A stretch of 64,000 nucleotides of DNA from a candidate division FCPU426 bacterium (GCA_963719085.1 CAVRAL010000001.1:448001-512000); one strand, 5' to 3'. Shown: positions 9,715 to 19,811, counted from the first letter of the stretch. Translations and numbers: made by a program. The notes: generated by a model not told the origin, from the letters alone.

Positions 9715-9972
9715 ATGGCTGAAACTAAAATTCCAAATCCGAACGCCCCGGCCCCCGGTGACAACCTGCGCGTTTATTTTCAGGCCAATCTGGTGGCTTG
9801 GGGTTTTTTATTGGTTCTGGCGGTGGCGGCCTTCTTTATTTGCGGCGGTGTGTGGGATGACGTGACCACCGGAGTCTTGGAGTTTATTTTTGTCGTGCTG
9901 GGCGGCGGTTTCACGCTGGTATCGTTGCTTGATTTTTTTTACGAAAAAAGCCAGGGAGACCGAAAATCATGA
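9715..9972 (+). CDS. Small two-TM membrane protein
   Basis: AAAGGA RBS; two hydrophobic segments; ATGA overlap with next gene. Confidence 0.7.
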   Translation: MAETKIPNPNAPAPGDNLRVYFQANLVAWGFLLVLAVAAFFICGGVWDDVTTGVLEFIFVVLGGGFTLVSLLDFFYEKSQGDRKS

Positions 9973-10946
9973 GATCTTTTTTAACGAAGTCCTGCGCCGC
10001 CTTCTTGGTTTTTGCCATGGCGGTTGGCGCTTTTCCGGCCCAATGGGTTTTCGCCCAAACGGACGTTTCGATGGCTTCGGATGATGAAGTTCAAGAAATC
10101 CAGCACTTGGTTCAGGCCGGTTATTTGAGCGCCGATTCACCCTACGCGGCGTCCAAAAGCCTGACCGAAGACCAGGTGACCGACGCCCTGATCGCCATTT
10201 ATGACCGGCTGAAGGCCGTGGATCTTAAAAACCTCCCCACGGGCGCGATGGGTTATCAAACGGCGGATCTTCAAGCCCTTTCCCAATTGGTCGAGGATTA
10301 TTCGGAATTTCTCCACGACCGGAAGGTTTCCGCCTGGGGTTATGAAAACCGCCTGCAAAAGATGATCCAGTCCCTGGCGAGCTTGACGCCCCAGCCTACG
10401 GCTGTCATCGCGCCGGTTGCCTCCGTGACGACGGCCGTTACGGCAACGCCCACGGCGGTAGTGACTCCGGGCCCGACCTTCAGTGATCTAAACGAGCTCA
10501 AAGACTCGCTCAAGGATCAAGCCCAGCGTTTCTCCGATCTTCAAATTAAATACGATCAAAAATTCCAAGAGGCGGACGCCGACGATCAACTGCTCAAGAC
10601 CAAGGAACAGGAATCCGCGGACGAGATGAAACTGGTCAAGAACCTGATGGATACCTATGAGTCCAACCTGCAAAAAATGAACGACCGCATGGATCAGATA
10701 TCCGATAAGGCCAATCAGAAAACCTTAACGGATGAGGAGTTGGAGCAGGAGTTGACCATTATGCATAAGGACCTGCGGGATAATACGCAGGACCTGACGG
10801 TGTTGAAACAGCAGGTGGCCTTGTTGGACGCGCCGCAGAAGGCGGCGCAGGATCCGTTGGATGATTTTTTGACTTCCAAGTGGTTGGCGGGAGGCGCTTT
10901 GGTGGTGGGATTGGCGGCTTTGGTGGTCGGGCTCACTAAAAAATAG
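9969..10946 (+). CDS. Exported SLH-like/coiled-coil protein with C-terminal membrane anchor (Omp-alpha-like layout)
   Basis: Signal peptide; SLH-like EIQHLVQAGYL...SLTEDQV; DLQALSQLVEDYSE; long heptad region; terminal hydrophobic helix + KK. Confidence 0.55.
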   Translation: MRSFLTKSCAAFLVFAMAVGAFPAQWVFAQTDVSMASDDEVQEIQHLVQAGYLSADSPYAASKSLTEDQVTDALIAIYDRLKAVDLKNLPTGAMGYQTADLQALSQLVEDYSEFLHDRKVSAWGYENRLQKMIQSLASLTPQPTAVIAPVASVTTAVTATPTAVVTPGPTFSDLNELKDSLKDQAQRFSDLQIKYDQKFQEADADDQLLKTKEQESADEMKLVKNLMDTYESNLQKMNDRMDQISDKANQKTLTDEELEQELTIMHKDLRDNTQDLTVLKQQVALLDAPQKAAQDPLDDFLTSKWLAGGALVVGLAALVVGLTKK

Positions 10947-11060
10947 TGAGGAGTTAGAAGTGGGGGGGCGAGGTTGGCGCAGAGCGGAGAAAATTAAAGG
11001 GCATTTGGGAGAGGGTGGAGGACTTTAACTCCAAACTCCTCACTCCTAATTCCTAACTTT
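10946..11060. repeat. Family B heptamer inverted-repeat element, copy B2
   Basis: gtgaggagttagaagt ... actccaaactcctcactcctaattcctaact. Confidence 0.65.
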
Positions 11061-11083
11061 CGTTATTCTTTCAAGGAGGCTTC

Positions 11084-11734
11084 ATGTTTATCGGACATTT
11101 TGCCGTGGCTTTCGCTGGAAAAAAAGTGGCCCCGAAGGTTTCTTTGGGCCTGATGTTCCTGGCGGCCCAATTTCTTGATGTGCTTTGGCCTGTTTTTGTT
11201 CTTTTGGGAGCCGAACATTTCCGCATCGTCACCGGAATTACCAAGGTCTCGCCCTTTGATTTTTATGATTTCCCCATGAGCCACAGCCTGGTCATGGCCG
11301 TCACCTGGGCCATCGGGTTCGGGCTTGTTTATTTCATCGTTAAGGGCGACGTCAAGTCCTCCGGAATTCTGTCGGCCCTGGTTTTCAGCCATTGGATTTT
11401 GGATGTGATCGTTCACCGGCCCGATTTGCCGCTGCTTCCGCAGGGACCCTATTGGGGTTTGGGGCTTTGGAATTCCCGCGCGGGCACGCTCATCGTGGAA
11501 TTCGGCCTGCTGGCGGCGGGCGCTTGGATTTATAAAAAGTGCACGAAGCCGAAAGACTCCACCGGGGATTGGGTTTTTTACGGATTGCTATTCACCTTGG
11601 CGGCCTTCTATATCATCAGCTTGGTGGCGCCCACGCCCACCAACACCTTTATGGTGGCCTTGAGCGGCATCATCGTGATTTGGGGTTTTATCGCCTGGGG
11701 TACCTGGGCGGACAGCCTGCGTAAAGCCGCTTGA
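11084..11734 (+). CDS. Membrane-bound metal-dependent hydrolase (YbcI/YdjM-like)
   Basis: MFIGH, LD, SHSL, SHWILD..HRPD motifs; multiple TM helices; GGAGG RBS. Confidence 0.8.
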   Translation: MFIGHFAVAFAGKKVAPKVSLGLMFLAAQFLDVLWPVFVLLGAEHFRIVTGITKVSPFDFYDFPMSHSLVMAVTWAIGFGLVYFIVKGDVKSSGILSALVFSHWILDVIVHRPDLPLLPQGPYWGLGLWNSRAGTLIVEFGLLAAGAWIYKKCTKPKDSTGDWVFYGLLFTLAAFYIISLVAPTPTNTFMVALSGIIVIWGFIAWGTWADSLRKAA

Positions 11735-12180
11735 AAAAAAAGGAAGCCCTCGTCATCCGCGGCATGCGGGCGGGTGACCGCCGGGGCTTAAGTTTGGTTT
11801 ACCAGGCGGCTTTTTCTTTCGGTCCGGGGGCCGAACGCTGGAGTGAAAAGGCCGCGGACGCGCGGGTCCATCAAGTGTTGAAATTAAAACATCCCGCCTG
11901 GACGGCCTGTCTTTACGGCCAACCGGTGGGATTCGCTTTTGTGTCCATTCGGGAAGGCCATCAGGGACCCTACGGCGAGCTGACGGAACTGGCGGTCCAT
12001 CCTTTTTTCCAAGGCCAGGGCATCGGGACCAAGCTTCTGAAAAAAATAAAGGACGCCCGTAAAAGGCTTCGGCTCAAAACCCTTTATGGGTTGGTCTATA
12101 AGGGTCCGGCGGAAGTTTTTTTGAAAAAGAACGGGTTCAAACCGTCCCGGCGCAGCTCAGTTTTCTCCCTTCGCCGATAA
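11731..12180 (+). CDS. GNAT-family N-acetyltransferase
   Basis: LAVHPFFQGQGIGTKLL acetyl-CoA motif; FLKKNGF. Confidence 0.85.
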   Translation: MKKKEALVIRGMRAGDRRGLSLVYQAAFSFGPGAERWSEKAADARVHQVLKLKHPAWTACLYGQPVGFAFVSIREGHQGPYGELTELAVHPFFQGQGIGTKLLKKIKDARKRLRLKTLYGLVYKGPAEVFLKKNGFKPSRRSSVFSLRR

Positions 12181-12195
12181 AAGTAAAAGATTCTC

Positions 12196-13446
12196 TCACC
12201 CCCGGCGGCCAGCTTTTTCCAGTGATCCAAATCGACCCACTTCCGGCCAGATCCGCATGACGGCTAAGACCACCAAAATGCTTCCTACCCCCCCAAGGAC
12301 TACAGAACCAACTGGTCCTAGCAACGCGGCTGTGGCGCCGGATTCAAACCCGCCTAACTCGTTGGAGGAGTGGATGAAAATATAACTGACGGCCGTGACC
12401 CGGCCCCGCATGGCGTCGGGTGTCAGGACTTGGACCAGGGTTGACCGTACGATAACGCTGATGTTGTCGAGCGCTCCGGTTAAAAAGAGCATGAGGAAGG
12501 ACAGCCAATACCATTTTGAAATCCCGAAGATGATGGTGGCCCCGCCAAAACCCGCAACGGCCCAAAGTAAGGACAATCCAGCTTTTTTCATCGGAGGGCG
12601 CTGGGCCAAAAGAAACGCCATCAAAAATGCCCCGACCAAAGGAGCTGCCTGAAGAAAACCATAACCGATCGCGCCACAAGCCAGAATGTCGGTTGAAAAA
12701 GCCGGTAAAAGGGCCGTGGCGCCGCCTAGGATCACCACGAAAAGATCCATGCTGATGGTTGCCAGAATGAGGCGATTGTCGCGTACGAATTTAAAACCAC
12801 TTAAAAGCGATTTCAGGCTAACGGCTTCCCGTTTGAAGACCCGGGGCAAAGTATTAAGGGCTAGGACGAACCCGAAAAAAACCAACTCGAAGAAAGAATC
12901 CAGGAAACAAACTCGAGTGTAACCCATGGTCGAAATTAAAAAACCTCCCAAGGCTGATCCGACCATGGAGGCGACTTGGAAAATACTGCTACCCCAGGTG
13001 ACCGCGTTGGTAAAAATAGGGAGCGGAACCAATTGGGGCAGCAAGGACTGCCGGGCCGGATCGCTGAAGGCGCGGGTAAGTCCGGTCATGAACAAAATCG
13101 CGTAAAGTGCCCAAAGCGGAGCCGATAAAGACGCGGCCAAAGCCAGGCCCAAAGAACAGCAGGCGTACATCAATTGGCAGGCTAGAACAATAGTTTTCCG
13201 GGAATAGCGGTCGGCGGCCAGTCCGCCAGGCAGCATAAAAAGCAGTATGGGTAGCCAAATTGCCAATCCGATCAGTCCTAGGTTCCAAACCGAATGGGTT
13301 TGGCGATAGACCTCAAAACCGACAGCCACTCTTAACATTTGTTGTCCAGCGACGGTGATGAAATTACCGGTGGCGTACAAACGGTAATTCGCATGGCGAA
13401 AAGCCGCGTAGGGGTCGTGGGTTTTGAGGGTTGGCGGCTTCGGCAT
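12196..13446 (-). CDS. MFS transporter (EntS/DHA3-like)
   Basis: ~12 TM segments; GLAADRYSRK motif A; TPDAMRGRV. Confidence 0.9.
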   Translation of the reverse strand: MPKPPTLKTHDPYAAFRHANYRLYATGNFITVAGQQMLRVAVGFEVYRQTHSVWNLGLIGLAIWLPILLFMLPGGLAADRYSRKTIVLACQLMYACCSLGLALAASLSAPLWALYAILFMTGLTRAFSDPARQSLLPQLVPLPIFTNAVTWGSSIFQVASMVGSALGGFLISTMGYTRVCFLDSFFELVFFGFVLALNTLPRVFKREAVSLKSLLSGFKFVRDNRLILATISMDLFVVILGGATALLPAFSTDILACGAIGYGFLQAAPLVGAFLMAFLLAQRPPMKKAGLSLLWAVAGFGGATIIFGISKWYWLSFLMLFLTGALDNISVIVRSTLVQVLTPDAMRGRVTAVSYIFIHSSNELGGFESGATAALLGPVGSVVLGGVGSILVVLAVMRIWPEVGRFGSLEKAGRRG

Positions 13447-13593
13447 GGCGGCTCCGTGGTTTCAATCAAAATGATCGGTATTCTAGGGGAAGGAGGGCCG
13501 GGTTGAAAGAGACCGTTTACCCGAAAAGGGCTTCCGGGGCTATTTAAAAATAAACCCGGGGACTAGAATAAAAAAAAGACGAAAGGGTGGAAA

Positions 13594-13917
13594 ATGGCAA
13601 AAACCGAGTCGGCCTCAAAAAAAACCGAATCCTTTCTTTCGGGCTGGGTGGATAAGGCCTGGAAATTGGGCTTACAGCCGGTGCTGGAAACTTTTCTTCG
13701 ACAGATGGAAGACCGGGTGGAGCGGTGGGAAAGGCGCGTCCTGACTTTGGCGGTCGCCTATTTGGGGATTTTCGCCGGACTTTTCTTTTTAGTGTTGGGG
13801 ATTTTTTTCCTGTTGGTGGATTATTGCGGCCTGCCCCGGGGCGTTGTTTTCGCGGCAGGCGGATTTTTAATTGTTTTGATTTCGTTTGTTTATTTGCAGG
13901 GCGGTAAAAGACGATAA
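13594..13917 (+). CDS. YqjE/phage-holin-3_6-like two-TM protein
   Basis: Two TM segments; adjacent to a DUF883-like gene, the usual pairing. Confidence 0.5.
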   Translation: MAKTESASKKTESFLSGWVDKAWKLGLQPVLETFLRQMEDRVERWERRVLTLAVAYLGIFAGLFFLVLGIFFLLVDYCGLPRGVVFAAGGFLIVLISFVYLQGGKRR

Positions 13918-13928
13918 GGAGGACGATC

Positions 13929-14264
13929 ATGGCGGGTAACATTAAGTTTCCGAGCAAGGAAGCCCAAGTGAAGCTGAAAAAGCAGATCATGGAAAAGCTG
14001 GCGATGGGGAAGAAAAAAATACAGGATTTGGAAAAGGCCGTCCGTTCGGGCGAGGCCGGCGAACAAATCACCCAGGAGCTGAAAAAGGCCAAGGTTCAAT
14101 TGGAAAAGCTCAAAGAACAATACAAACAAAGCGAAGCCAAGGCTTTGGAATATGTGCACGAGAATCCCAAGAAGGCTTTGCTGGCAGCCGCCGCGGTCGG
14201 AATTTTGGCCGGCACGGTCATCGCCGCGCTGCGTTCGAGTAAGTCTAAAAAGAAGAAAAAGTAG
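13929..14264 (+). CDS. DUF883/ElaB/YqjD-like tail-anchored protein
   Basis: Coiled coil, then YVHENPKKALLAAAAVGILAG and basic tail. Confidence 0.7.
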   Translation: MAGNIKFPSKEAQVKLKKQIMEKLAMGKKKIQDLEKAVRSGEAGEQITQELKKAKVQLEKLKEQYKQSEAKALEYVHENPKKALLAAAAVGILAGTVIAALRSSKSKKKKK

Positions 14265-14274
14265 GGAAGGGCTT

Positions 14275-15090
14275 ATGCCGTTGATTCAAACCCCTCGGGG
14301 GCGTTTTTTCTACGAGGAGCGGGGCCCGCGGACGGGCCCCGTTCTTTTTTTATCGCACGGACTCACCTCCAACCATCATACCTGGGAAAAGGTAGGGGAG
14401 CCTTTGGCGGGGGCCGGGTTCCATCTCTACGCTTTTGACATGCGGGGACATGGGCAAAGCGATTGGCCCGCTTCGGGCTACAGCCCCGAGGATCACGGAC
14501 GGGATGTGGAAGCCTGCGCGAAAGCGCTTGGCCATGAAAAAATCCACATCGCGGGCCATTCCACCGGCGGCCGCAACGCGCTGGTCTTCGCCGGACTTTT
14601 TCCCGGGCGGACCCGAACTTTGACGATCATCGATCAGACGCTGACCGCGGATCCGGACAGCTGGAAAAAATACAAGACCCGCTACGGGGCCTACCCGGTT
14701 CCTTTCGCCGGTGAAAAAACATTGGACGATTTCCTGCGGTTGAAGTTTCCCGGGGACCGGCGGCGTTTCGACTATTACAAAAGCCAGTTTTCCCCAAAAC
14801 CCGATGGACGTTGGGATTTCAACTTCTCGATTGAGGGGGCCTGGGAAACCCAGCGGCTGGGCCGGGAAAAGGAAGCCTATTCCTGGCTTTTTCGGGTGGA
14901 GGTTCCTATCCTTTTCGTCAAGGGCGCCCAAAGCAACTATGTTTCCTTGGATGAGGCGAAGAAGATTGAAAAGCTGATGCCCCAAGGCCGAGGCCGCTTG
15001 GTTTTAGTGGAAAGGGCGGAGCACGCCGTTCAAAGGGACAACCCGGAAGGCCTGCTGGATGTCTTTTTGCCCTTCCTAAGGGAATCTTAA
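14275..15090 (+). CDS. Alpha/beta-fold hydrolase
   Basis: HG oxyanion motif, DMRGHGQS, GHSTGG nucleophile elbow, C-terminal His (AEH). Confidence 0.9.
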   Translation: MPLIQTPRGRFFYEERGPRTGPVLFLSHGLTSNHHTWEKVGEPLAGAGFHLYAFDMRGHGQSDWPASGYSPEDHGRDVEACAKALGHEKIHIAGHSTGGRNALVFAGLFPGRTRTLTIIDQTLTADPDSWKKYKTRYGAYPVPFAGEKTLDDFLRLKFPGDRRRFDYYKSQFSPKPDGRWDFNFSIEGAWETQRLGREKEAYSWLFRVEVPILFVKGAQSNYVSLDEAKKIEKLMPQGRGRLVLVERAEHAVQRDNPEGLLDVFLPFLRES

Positions 15091-15111
15091 AAATTCCAAG
15101 GCGAACACAAT

Positions 15112-15258
15112 TTTCGCCGCCAAGACGCCAAGTTCGCCAAGAATTAGCGCGAAGATGAATTTGATAAAACAATCGGGGTTCGATCTGGACACCCATAACA
15201 TATTATTTATTCTTAATAGCCTTGTTTTACTTGGCGAACTTGGTGTCTTGGCGGTAAA
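15112..15258. repeat. Family A element, copy A2
   Basis: cgccgccaagacgccaagttcgccaag ... cttggcgaacttggtgtcttggcggtaaa. Confidence 0.9.
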
Positions 15259-15490
15259 TAGGTTTTTGTGATGGATTTTAAGCAAAGCTATCTTTTAAAG
15301 GCTCTTTTGGGTATACTCTCGCCTCCCTTGAGGGGCTTTTGGATAGAAGGATTCCCCTCGCGAAAAATCCCTGAAAAATAGGCGTTAGGATTTTTCATCG
15401 GGGATTTCGCCGGTGAACTCGATTCCTCACCTGGTGGGTAAAAAATCATAGATGCCACGGGTTTGACCCGTGAAGCTCAAGAGGCAAGTA

Positions 15491-17338
15491 ATGACTTTAA
15501 GAAGTGACTTACGCAATATCGCCATCGTGGCCCACGTTGACCATGGTAAAACCACTCTCGTGGACGCCCTTTTCCGGCAGTCCGGTGTTTTCCGCGCCAA
15601 TGAGCATATGGAAGAGCGGGTGATGGATTCCAACGCGCTTGAAAAAGAACGCGGGATCACCATCTTCTCGAAGAACGCCTCGGTTATCTGGAACGGCGTT
15701 CGCATCAATATCGTGGATACGCCGGGCCACGCCGACTTCGGCGGGGAAGTGGAGCGCATTCTTTCCATGGTCGACGGCATTCTTTTGCTGGTGGACGCCG
15801 CCGAAGGACCCTTGCCCCAAACCAAATTCGTCTTGCGTAAAAGCTTGGAGCGCAACCTGCCGGCCATCGTGGTGATCAACAAGATCGACCGAAGCGACGC
15901 GCGCCCGCAGGAAGTGTTGGACAACGTCCTGGATCTTTTTATCGCGCTGGGGGCCACCGAGCACCAGATCGATTATCCGGTGGTTTATGCCATCGCCCGG
16001 GAAGGAAAAGCTACGCTGGACTTGAGCAAGCCCGGCACCGACCTCAAGCCTCTGTTCGACACCATTGTGAATCATTTCAAGCCCGTGGAAGTCGACACGG
16101 AATCGCCTTTTCAAATGCTGGTGACCACGACTTCTTATAACGAGTACCTGGGCCGCATGGCCGTGGGCCGGGTTCACCGGGGCACCATCAAGATGAACGA
16201 CAATATCGCGCTGGTCAAACTGGACGGCCGCAAGGTCGCCAGCAGCGCCACCAAGCTTTTCAACTACCAGGGTATCAAGCAAGCCGAGTGCCCTGAAGCC
16301 AAGGCCGGCGATATTATTCTTTTGGCCGGATTGGAAGACGTGCAGATCGGGGAAACGGTGGCTTCGGGCGCGGATCCGCAGGCTTTGCCGGCCATCACGA
16401 TCGACGAACCGACCATGAGCATGCTTTTTACGGTGAATAACAGCCCCTTCGCCGGAAAAGAAGGCAAGTTCATCACCTCCCGCCATTTGCGGGACCGCGT
16501 CTATAAAGAAGCCGAGGCCAACCCTACGCTTAAAATTTCCGATACCGAAAGCCCGGACGCCTTTAAGGTCGCGGGCCGCGGGGAATTGCATTTGGGCATC
16601 CTGATCGAGACCATGCGGCGCGAGGGCTATGAGTTTCAGGTTTCCCGTCCGCAGGTGATTTACCGCGAGGTGAACGGCAAAACCGAGGAGCCTTACGAGC
16701 AATTGATCGTGGACGTGCCCAACAATTGCGTGGGCGTAACCATGGAAAAAGTCGGCTCGCGCAAAGGCGAGATGAAAAACATGACGCCTTTGTCCGAAGT
16801 GACCACCCGTATCGAGTTTCTCATCCCGTCGCGCTGCTTGTTGGGGTTCCGCACCGAGTTTTTGACCGACACCAAGGGTGAGGGCATTTTGCATCACGTG
16901 TTTTTTGGCTACGGCGAATATAAGGGCGAGATCGCCGGCCGCAACCGGGGCGTTTTGGTGGCTTTTGAGGCCGGTGTCACCGCCGCTTACGGAATGTTCC
17001 AACTGTCGGACCGGGGCAAGTTTTTCATCAACCCCCGCACGGAAGTCTATGAGGGGATGATCGTGGGCGAGCACACCCGGGAAAACGACATCGCGGTGAA
17101 TCCCTGCAAGACCAAGCATTTGTCCAATATGCGAAGCAAGTCTTCGGACGAGGCTTTGACCTTGGAGCCGCCGACCATCTTTTCGCTGGAACAATGCCTG
17201 GAATATATCCAGGACGACGAACTTTTGGAGGTCACTCCCCAGAACATGCGCATGCGCAAAAAGATCCTCAACAACAATGAGCGCATGAAGGTGGAAAAGA
17301 TGGGGTCCAAAGCCGCCCAAAAGGCGATGAACGGATAA
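15491..17338 (+). CDS. typA: Translational GTPase TypA/BipA
   Basis: [34 protein letters not shown], TypA C-terminal domain. Confidence 0.97.
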   Translation: MTLRSDLRNIAIVAHVDHGKTTLVDALFRQSGVFRANEHMEERVMDSNALEKERGITIFSKNASVIWNGVRINIVDTPGHADFGGEVERILSMVDGILLLVDAAEGPLPQTKFVLRKSLERNLPAIVVINKIDRSDARPQEVLDNVLDLFIALGATEHQIDYPVVYAIAREGKATLDLSKPGTDLKPLFDTIVNHFKPVEVDTESPFQMLVTTTSYNEYLGRMAVGRVHRGTIKMNDNIALVKLDGRKVASSATKLFNYQGIKQAECPEAKAGDIILLAGLEDVQIGETVASGADPQALPAITIDEPTMSMLFTVNNSPFAGKEGKFITSRHLRDRVYKEAEANPTLKISDTESPDAFKVAGRGELHLGILIETMRREGYEFQVSRPQVIYREVNGKTEEPYEQLIVDVPNNCVGVTMEKVGSRKGEMKNMTPLSEVTTRIEFLIPSRCLLGFRTEFLTDTKGEGILHHVFFGYGEYKGEIAGRNRGVLVAFEAGVTAAYGMFQLSDRGKFFINPRTEVYEGMIVGEHTRENDIAVNPCKTKHLSNMRSKSSDEALTLEPPTIFSLEQCLEYIQDDELLEVTPQNMRMRKKILNNNERMKVEKMGSKAAQKAMNG

Positions 17339-17342
17339 AAGT

Positions 17343-17489
17343 CAGTTTGGAGTCGGAAGTTAGGAGTTGGAACCCCAAAAGACTAAGACGGAAAACAGCG
17401 GCGTGGTCCGGGATAAGACGGCCTCTCAAAATGGGGTTTTCTACGCTAGTTTTCAAAACTTCCAACTCCGCACTCCTAACTCCTAACTG
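17343..17489. repeat. Family B heptamer inverted-repeat element, copy B3
   Basis: cagtttggagtcggaagttaggagttgg ... cttccaactccgcactcctaactcctaactg. Confidence 0.75.
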
Positions 17490-17509
17490 GGCGTGATAGG
17501 ATTGTGGCC

Positions 17510-17980
17510 ATGAGATACCTCTTGTTCGCGGCGCTGGCGCTCTTATTCGCGGTACCTAAACTTCATGCCCAATCGTTTATCCCCACGCCGCCTCCGGTCA
17601 AAGACACCGCCGATTTAGGTTTCACCAAACCTTATGAATATGAGCGCCAAGCCTATGGTTATGATCCGGACGGCGTTCAATACAAAGAAAACCAAGCGGA
17701 AGATTTTCAGGTGGTTTTCATCACTTCGGCGCCTTTCGCGGCGCTGGCCAGCCTGGGTCTTACGGGTTTGGCCTCCACGCTCATTGAGGGCAAATTTGAC
17801 ATCAATGGCGTTTATTTGATCCCTTTTATCGCCGGTACGCTGGCAGGCTCCACCGCTGTGGCCTGTGTTTCAGTTTTAACCAATCCTTATCCGCCGCCCG
17901 ATGAGGAGCCGGTTCTTTCCAGCGCTTCCGGACCGCGCCGTTTTGCCCTCGCTTTACCTCTGGTAACCGCTCAATTTTAA
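17510..17980 (+). CDS. Exported/membrane hypothetical protein
   Basis: Signal peptide ending LHA, two hydrophobic segments; TG-n-TAGGAT 7 nt before ATG. Confidence 0.7.
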   Translation: MRYLLFAALALLFAVPKLHAQSFIPTPPPVKDTADLGFTKPYEYERQAYGYDPDGVQYKENQAEDFQVVFITSAPFAALASLGLTGLASTLIEGKFDINGVYLIPFIAGTLAGSTAVACVSVLTNPYPPPDEEPVLSSASGPRRFALALPLVTAQF

Positions 17981-17986
17981 AAACCA

Positions 17987-18103
17987 TTTCACCGCCAAGT
18001 CCGCCAAGTAAGTCCCAAAACATTAGGTTTAAAGGACACGAATTTTTGTTTTCTTCAAAGATTTTAAGCGGTTCTTGGCGAACTTGGCGTCTTGGCGGTG
18101 AAA
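17987..18103. repeat. Family A element, copy A3
   Basis: tttcaccgccaagtccgccaag ... tcttggcgaacttggcgtcttggcggtgaaa. Confidence 0.9.
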
Positions 18104-18204
18104 TATTGTGGTGGTTTTAATCTATAAACTATCCCAAAGCCGGGTTAAAATAACGGGCCTTTGCTGGGAAGCCCATCCATCATGATTCATTAGGAGCCGG
18201 GGGA

Positions 18205-19122
18205 ATGACCCAACTCATCGCCGTATTGTCGATCCTGCTCATATCGTTTGGCGAGCTTCGGGCTCAAGATCTGCCGCCCTTGCCTCCGGCTTCCCCGGCC
18301 GATTCCCAAGCCTCGGTTTCCGCTTCCGCCGCCGTTCCCGCTGGGTCGGGGACGATGCCGGCTTTACCTCCGCTGCCTTCCTCGACGGGGACTTCGACCG
18401 CCACGGATGGGACGATGCCGGCTTTGCCCCCCGTGTCCGTGACCGTGTCCGCTTCCGACGCGGGAACTTCGTCTTCGGCGGCGGCCATGCCTCCGCTCCC
18501 CCAAACGGGGACGTCACCCACGACGGGAACCTCAACTGACAACAGCCAGGCGGCTTCTTGGACGTCTCCCACTTTACAAACGCCCGCTTCGGGCCCGGCT
18601 TCGGCCGCGGCGGTTCCGGATGTGCCGAAGGCTTCACCGGCGAAATCGAAACGCAAAATAACCGTGGTGGAACAATACAAATTGGATCACACCCGGCCCA
18701 ACGTGATTTATGGCGGATGGGTCTGGCCCAAGGGTCAGGACGTGGATGACAAATTGGCCTGGACCTCCCAGGAAATCCTGAACGCGCTGATACCCCATGG
18801 GTTTACGGTGACGAAAGAAGAAGGGAACTATGACGGCGAGGACACGAGCACCTTCCAATGGCGCCAATGGACCTTCTCCATCGACCATTCCTCCGTGATC
18901 ACCCAGGTTTATATCAAGCCTCTCAAACAGCGGGTTTGGGTCCGGGTCGGGCCTTCCGAGGCGCCCGCGGGACTCAGCTTGAAAGAAGTCCAGGCGATTC
19001 AAAAACAGGATTTGCGCATGCTCAAACTCCTGCGCCAGAAGCTGGGTAAGCGCTTTACCCCCCACCATCGGGGAAGTTGGACGGCGCCTTATAACTACCA
19101 GCGGGAAACGGCGGACGAATAA
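18205..19122 (+). CDS. Secreted hypothetical protein with Pro/Ser/Thr/Ala-rich N-terminal half
   Basis: Signal peptide; LPPLP/GTMPALPP repeats (60-bp period at 18349/18409); globular C-terminal domain. Confidence 0.7.
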   Translation: MTQLIAVLSILLISFGELRAQDLPPLPPASPADSQASVSASAAVPAGSGTMPALPPLPSSTGTSTATDGTMPALPPVSVTVSASDAGTSSSAAAMPPLPQTGTSPTTGTSTDNSQAASWTSPTLQTPASGPASAAAVPDVPKASPAKSKRKITVVEQYKLDHTRPNVIYGGWVWPKGQDVDDKLAWTSQEILNALIPHGFTVTKEEGNYDGEDTSTFQWRQWTFSIDHSSVITQVYIKPLKQRVWVRVGPSEAPAGLSLKEVQAIQKQDLRMLKLLRQKLGKRFTPHHRGSWTAPYNYQRETADE

Positions 19123-19135
19123 AGTCGGTTAAGCC

Positions 19136-19288
19136 ATGACCCAAAGAACCTTAGGGATGGCGCTTTTTGCCGTCGGGATTCTGGGCTTGTTATTCTCGCT
19201 GGCCCGCACTTATTATCTGGTTTGGAAATTGCGCAAAGGCCGGGAGCCCATCCGGAAAAAACAATCTCCCCCCAGTGACACATTATAA
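19136..19288 (+). CDS. Small single-TM protein (50 aa), absent from the ORF track
   Basis: Own translation: MTQRTLGMALFAVGILGLLFSLARTYYLVWKLRKGREPIRKKQSPPSDTL; fills the gap between co-directional genes. Confidence 0.55.
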   Translation: MTQRTLGMALFAVGILGLLFSLARTYYLVWKLRKGREPIRKKQSPPSDTL

Positions 19289-19324
19289 AAGGACCCCAAT
19301 CGGTTTAAGTTTAAGGAGAATTTA

Positions 19325-19798
19325 ATGGCGGTAAAAAAAGAGAAGCCCACGGATTTTTTGAAGGAAGTCAGCCTGTTCGACGGGATGGACGACAAAATTT
19401 TGGCCCAGGTTTTCAATTTGGGCAAGGTGCGGCATTTCAGCAAAGGCGAGAGCATCATCCGCGAGGGGGACGCCGGCGGAAACCTGCATGTCATCATCCA
19501 AGGTTCGGCGGAAGTCAGCTTGAAGAAGGATAAAAACGACCGGTCCCGCTATTTGGCGGACTTGGAACGGGGCTCGATTTTCGGCGAGATGAGCGTGTTC
19601 GATTCCGCGCCCTATTCGGCCACAGTGAAGGCCCGGGAAGACTGCTCGGTGCATGTCATCAAGGGGGAAGACTTTAAAAAATACCTTAAAAAGAACCCCG
19701 AAGAGGCCTTTGTCATTTTCAGCGCGCTGGTGAAGCAGCTTTCCAGCCGGCTGCGGCGGACTAATTTGGCCTTCACTCTTTTGGGATTTGATTCCTAA
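19325..19798 (+). CDS. Stand-alone cyclic-nucleotide-binding domain protein (no HTH)
   Basis: IIREGDAG, IIQGSAEV, FGEMS...SATV, C-helix LSSRLR; AAGGAG RBS. Confidence 0.85.
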   Translation: MAVKKEKPTDFLKEVSLFDGMDDKILAQVFNLGKVRHFSKGESIIREGDAGGNLHVIIQGSAEVSLKKDKNDRSRYLADLERGSIFGEMSVFDSAPYSATVKAREDCSVHVIKGEDFKKYLKKNPEEAFVIFSALVKQLSSRLRRTNLAFTLLGFDS

Positions 19799-19811
19799 AA
19801 CCAAAACACGG

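Noticed and set aside
12196..13446. MFS gene as a horizontally acquired island (appears somewhat AT-richer, opposite strand)
   Set aside because: Composition not quantified; no mobility genes or flanking direct repeats; could reflect strand or expression bias
13594..13917. Holin-like gene as evidence of a prophage
   Set aside because: Pairs with a DUF883 gene as in ordinary yqjDE loci; no phage genes nearby
15509..17320. 603-aa antisense ORF over typA, and similar long antisense ORFs over gmd, the M24 peptidase, the PBP, punA and fliF
   Set aside because: Codon-bias shadow frames of well-supported genes; no motifs of their own
5774..18425. 11-mer GGGACGATGCC shared by the nagZ tail repeat and the 18349/18409 repeat
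   Set aside because: Two independent local duplications read in different frames and strands (GIVP vs GTMP); no shared flanks, so probably coincidence
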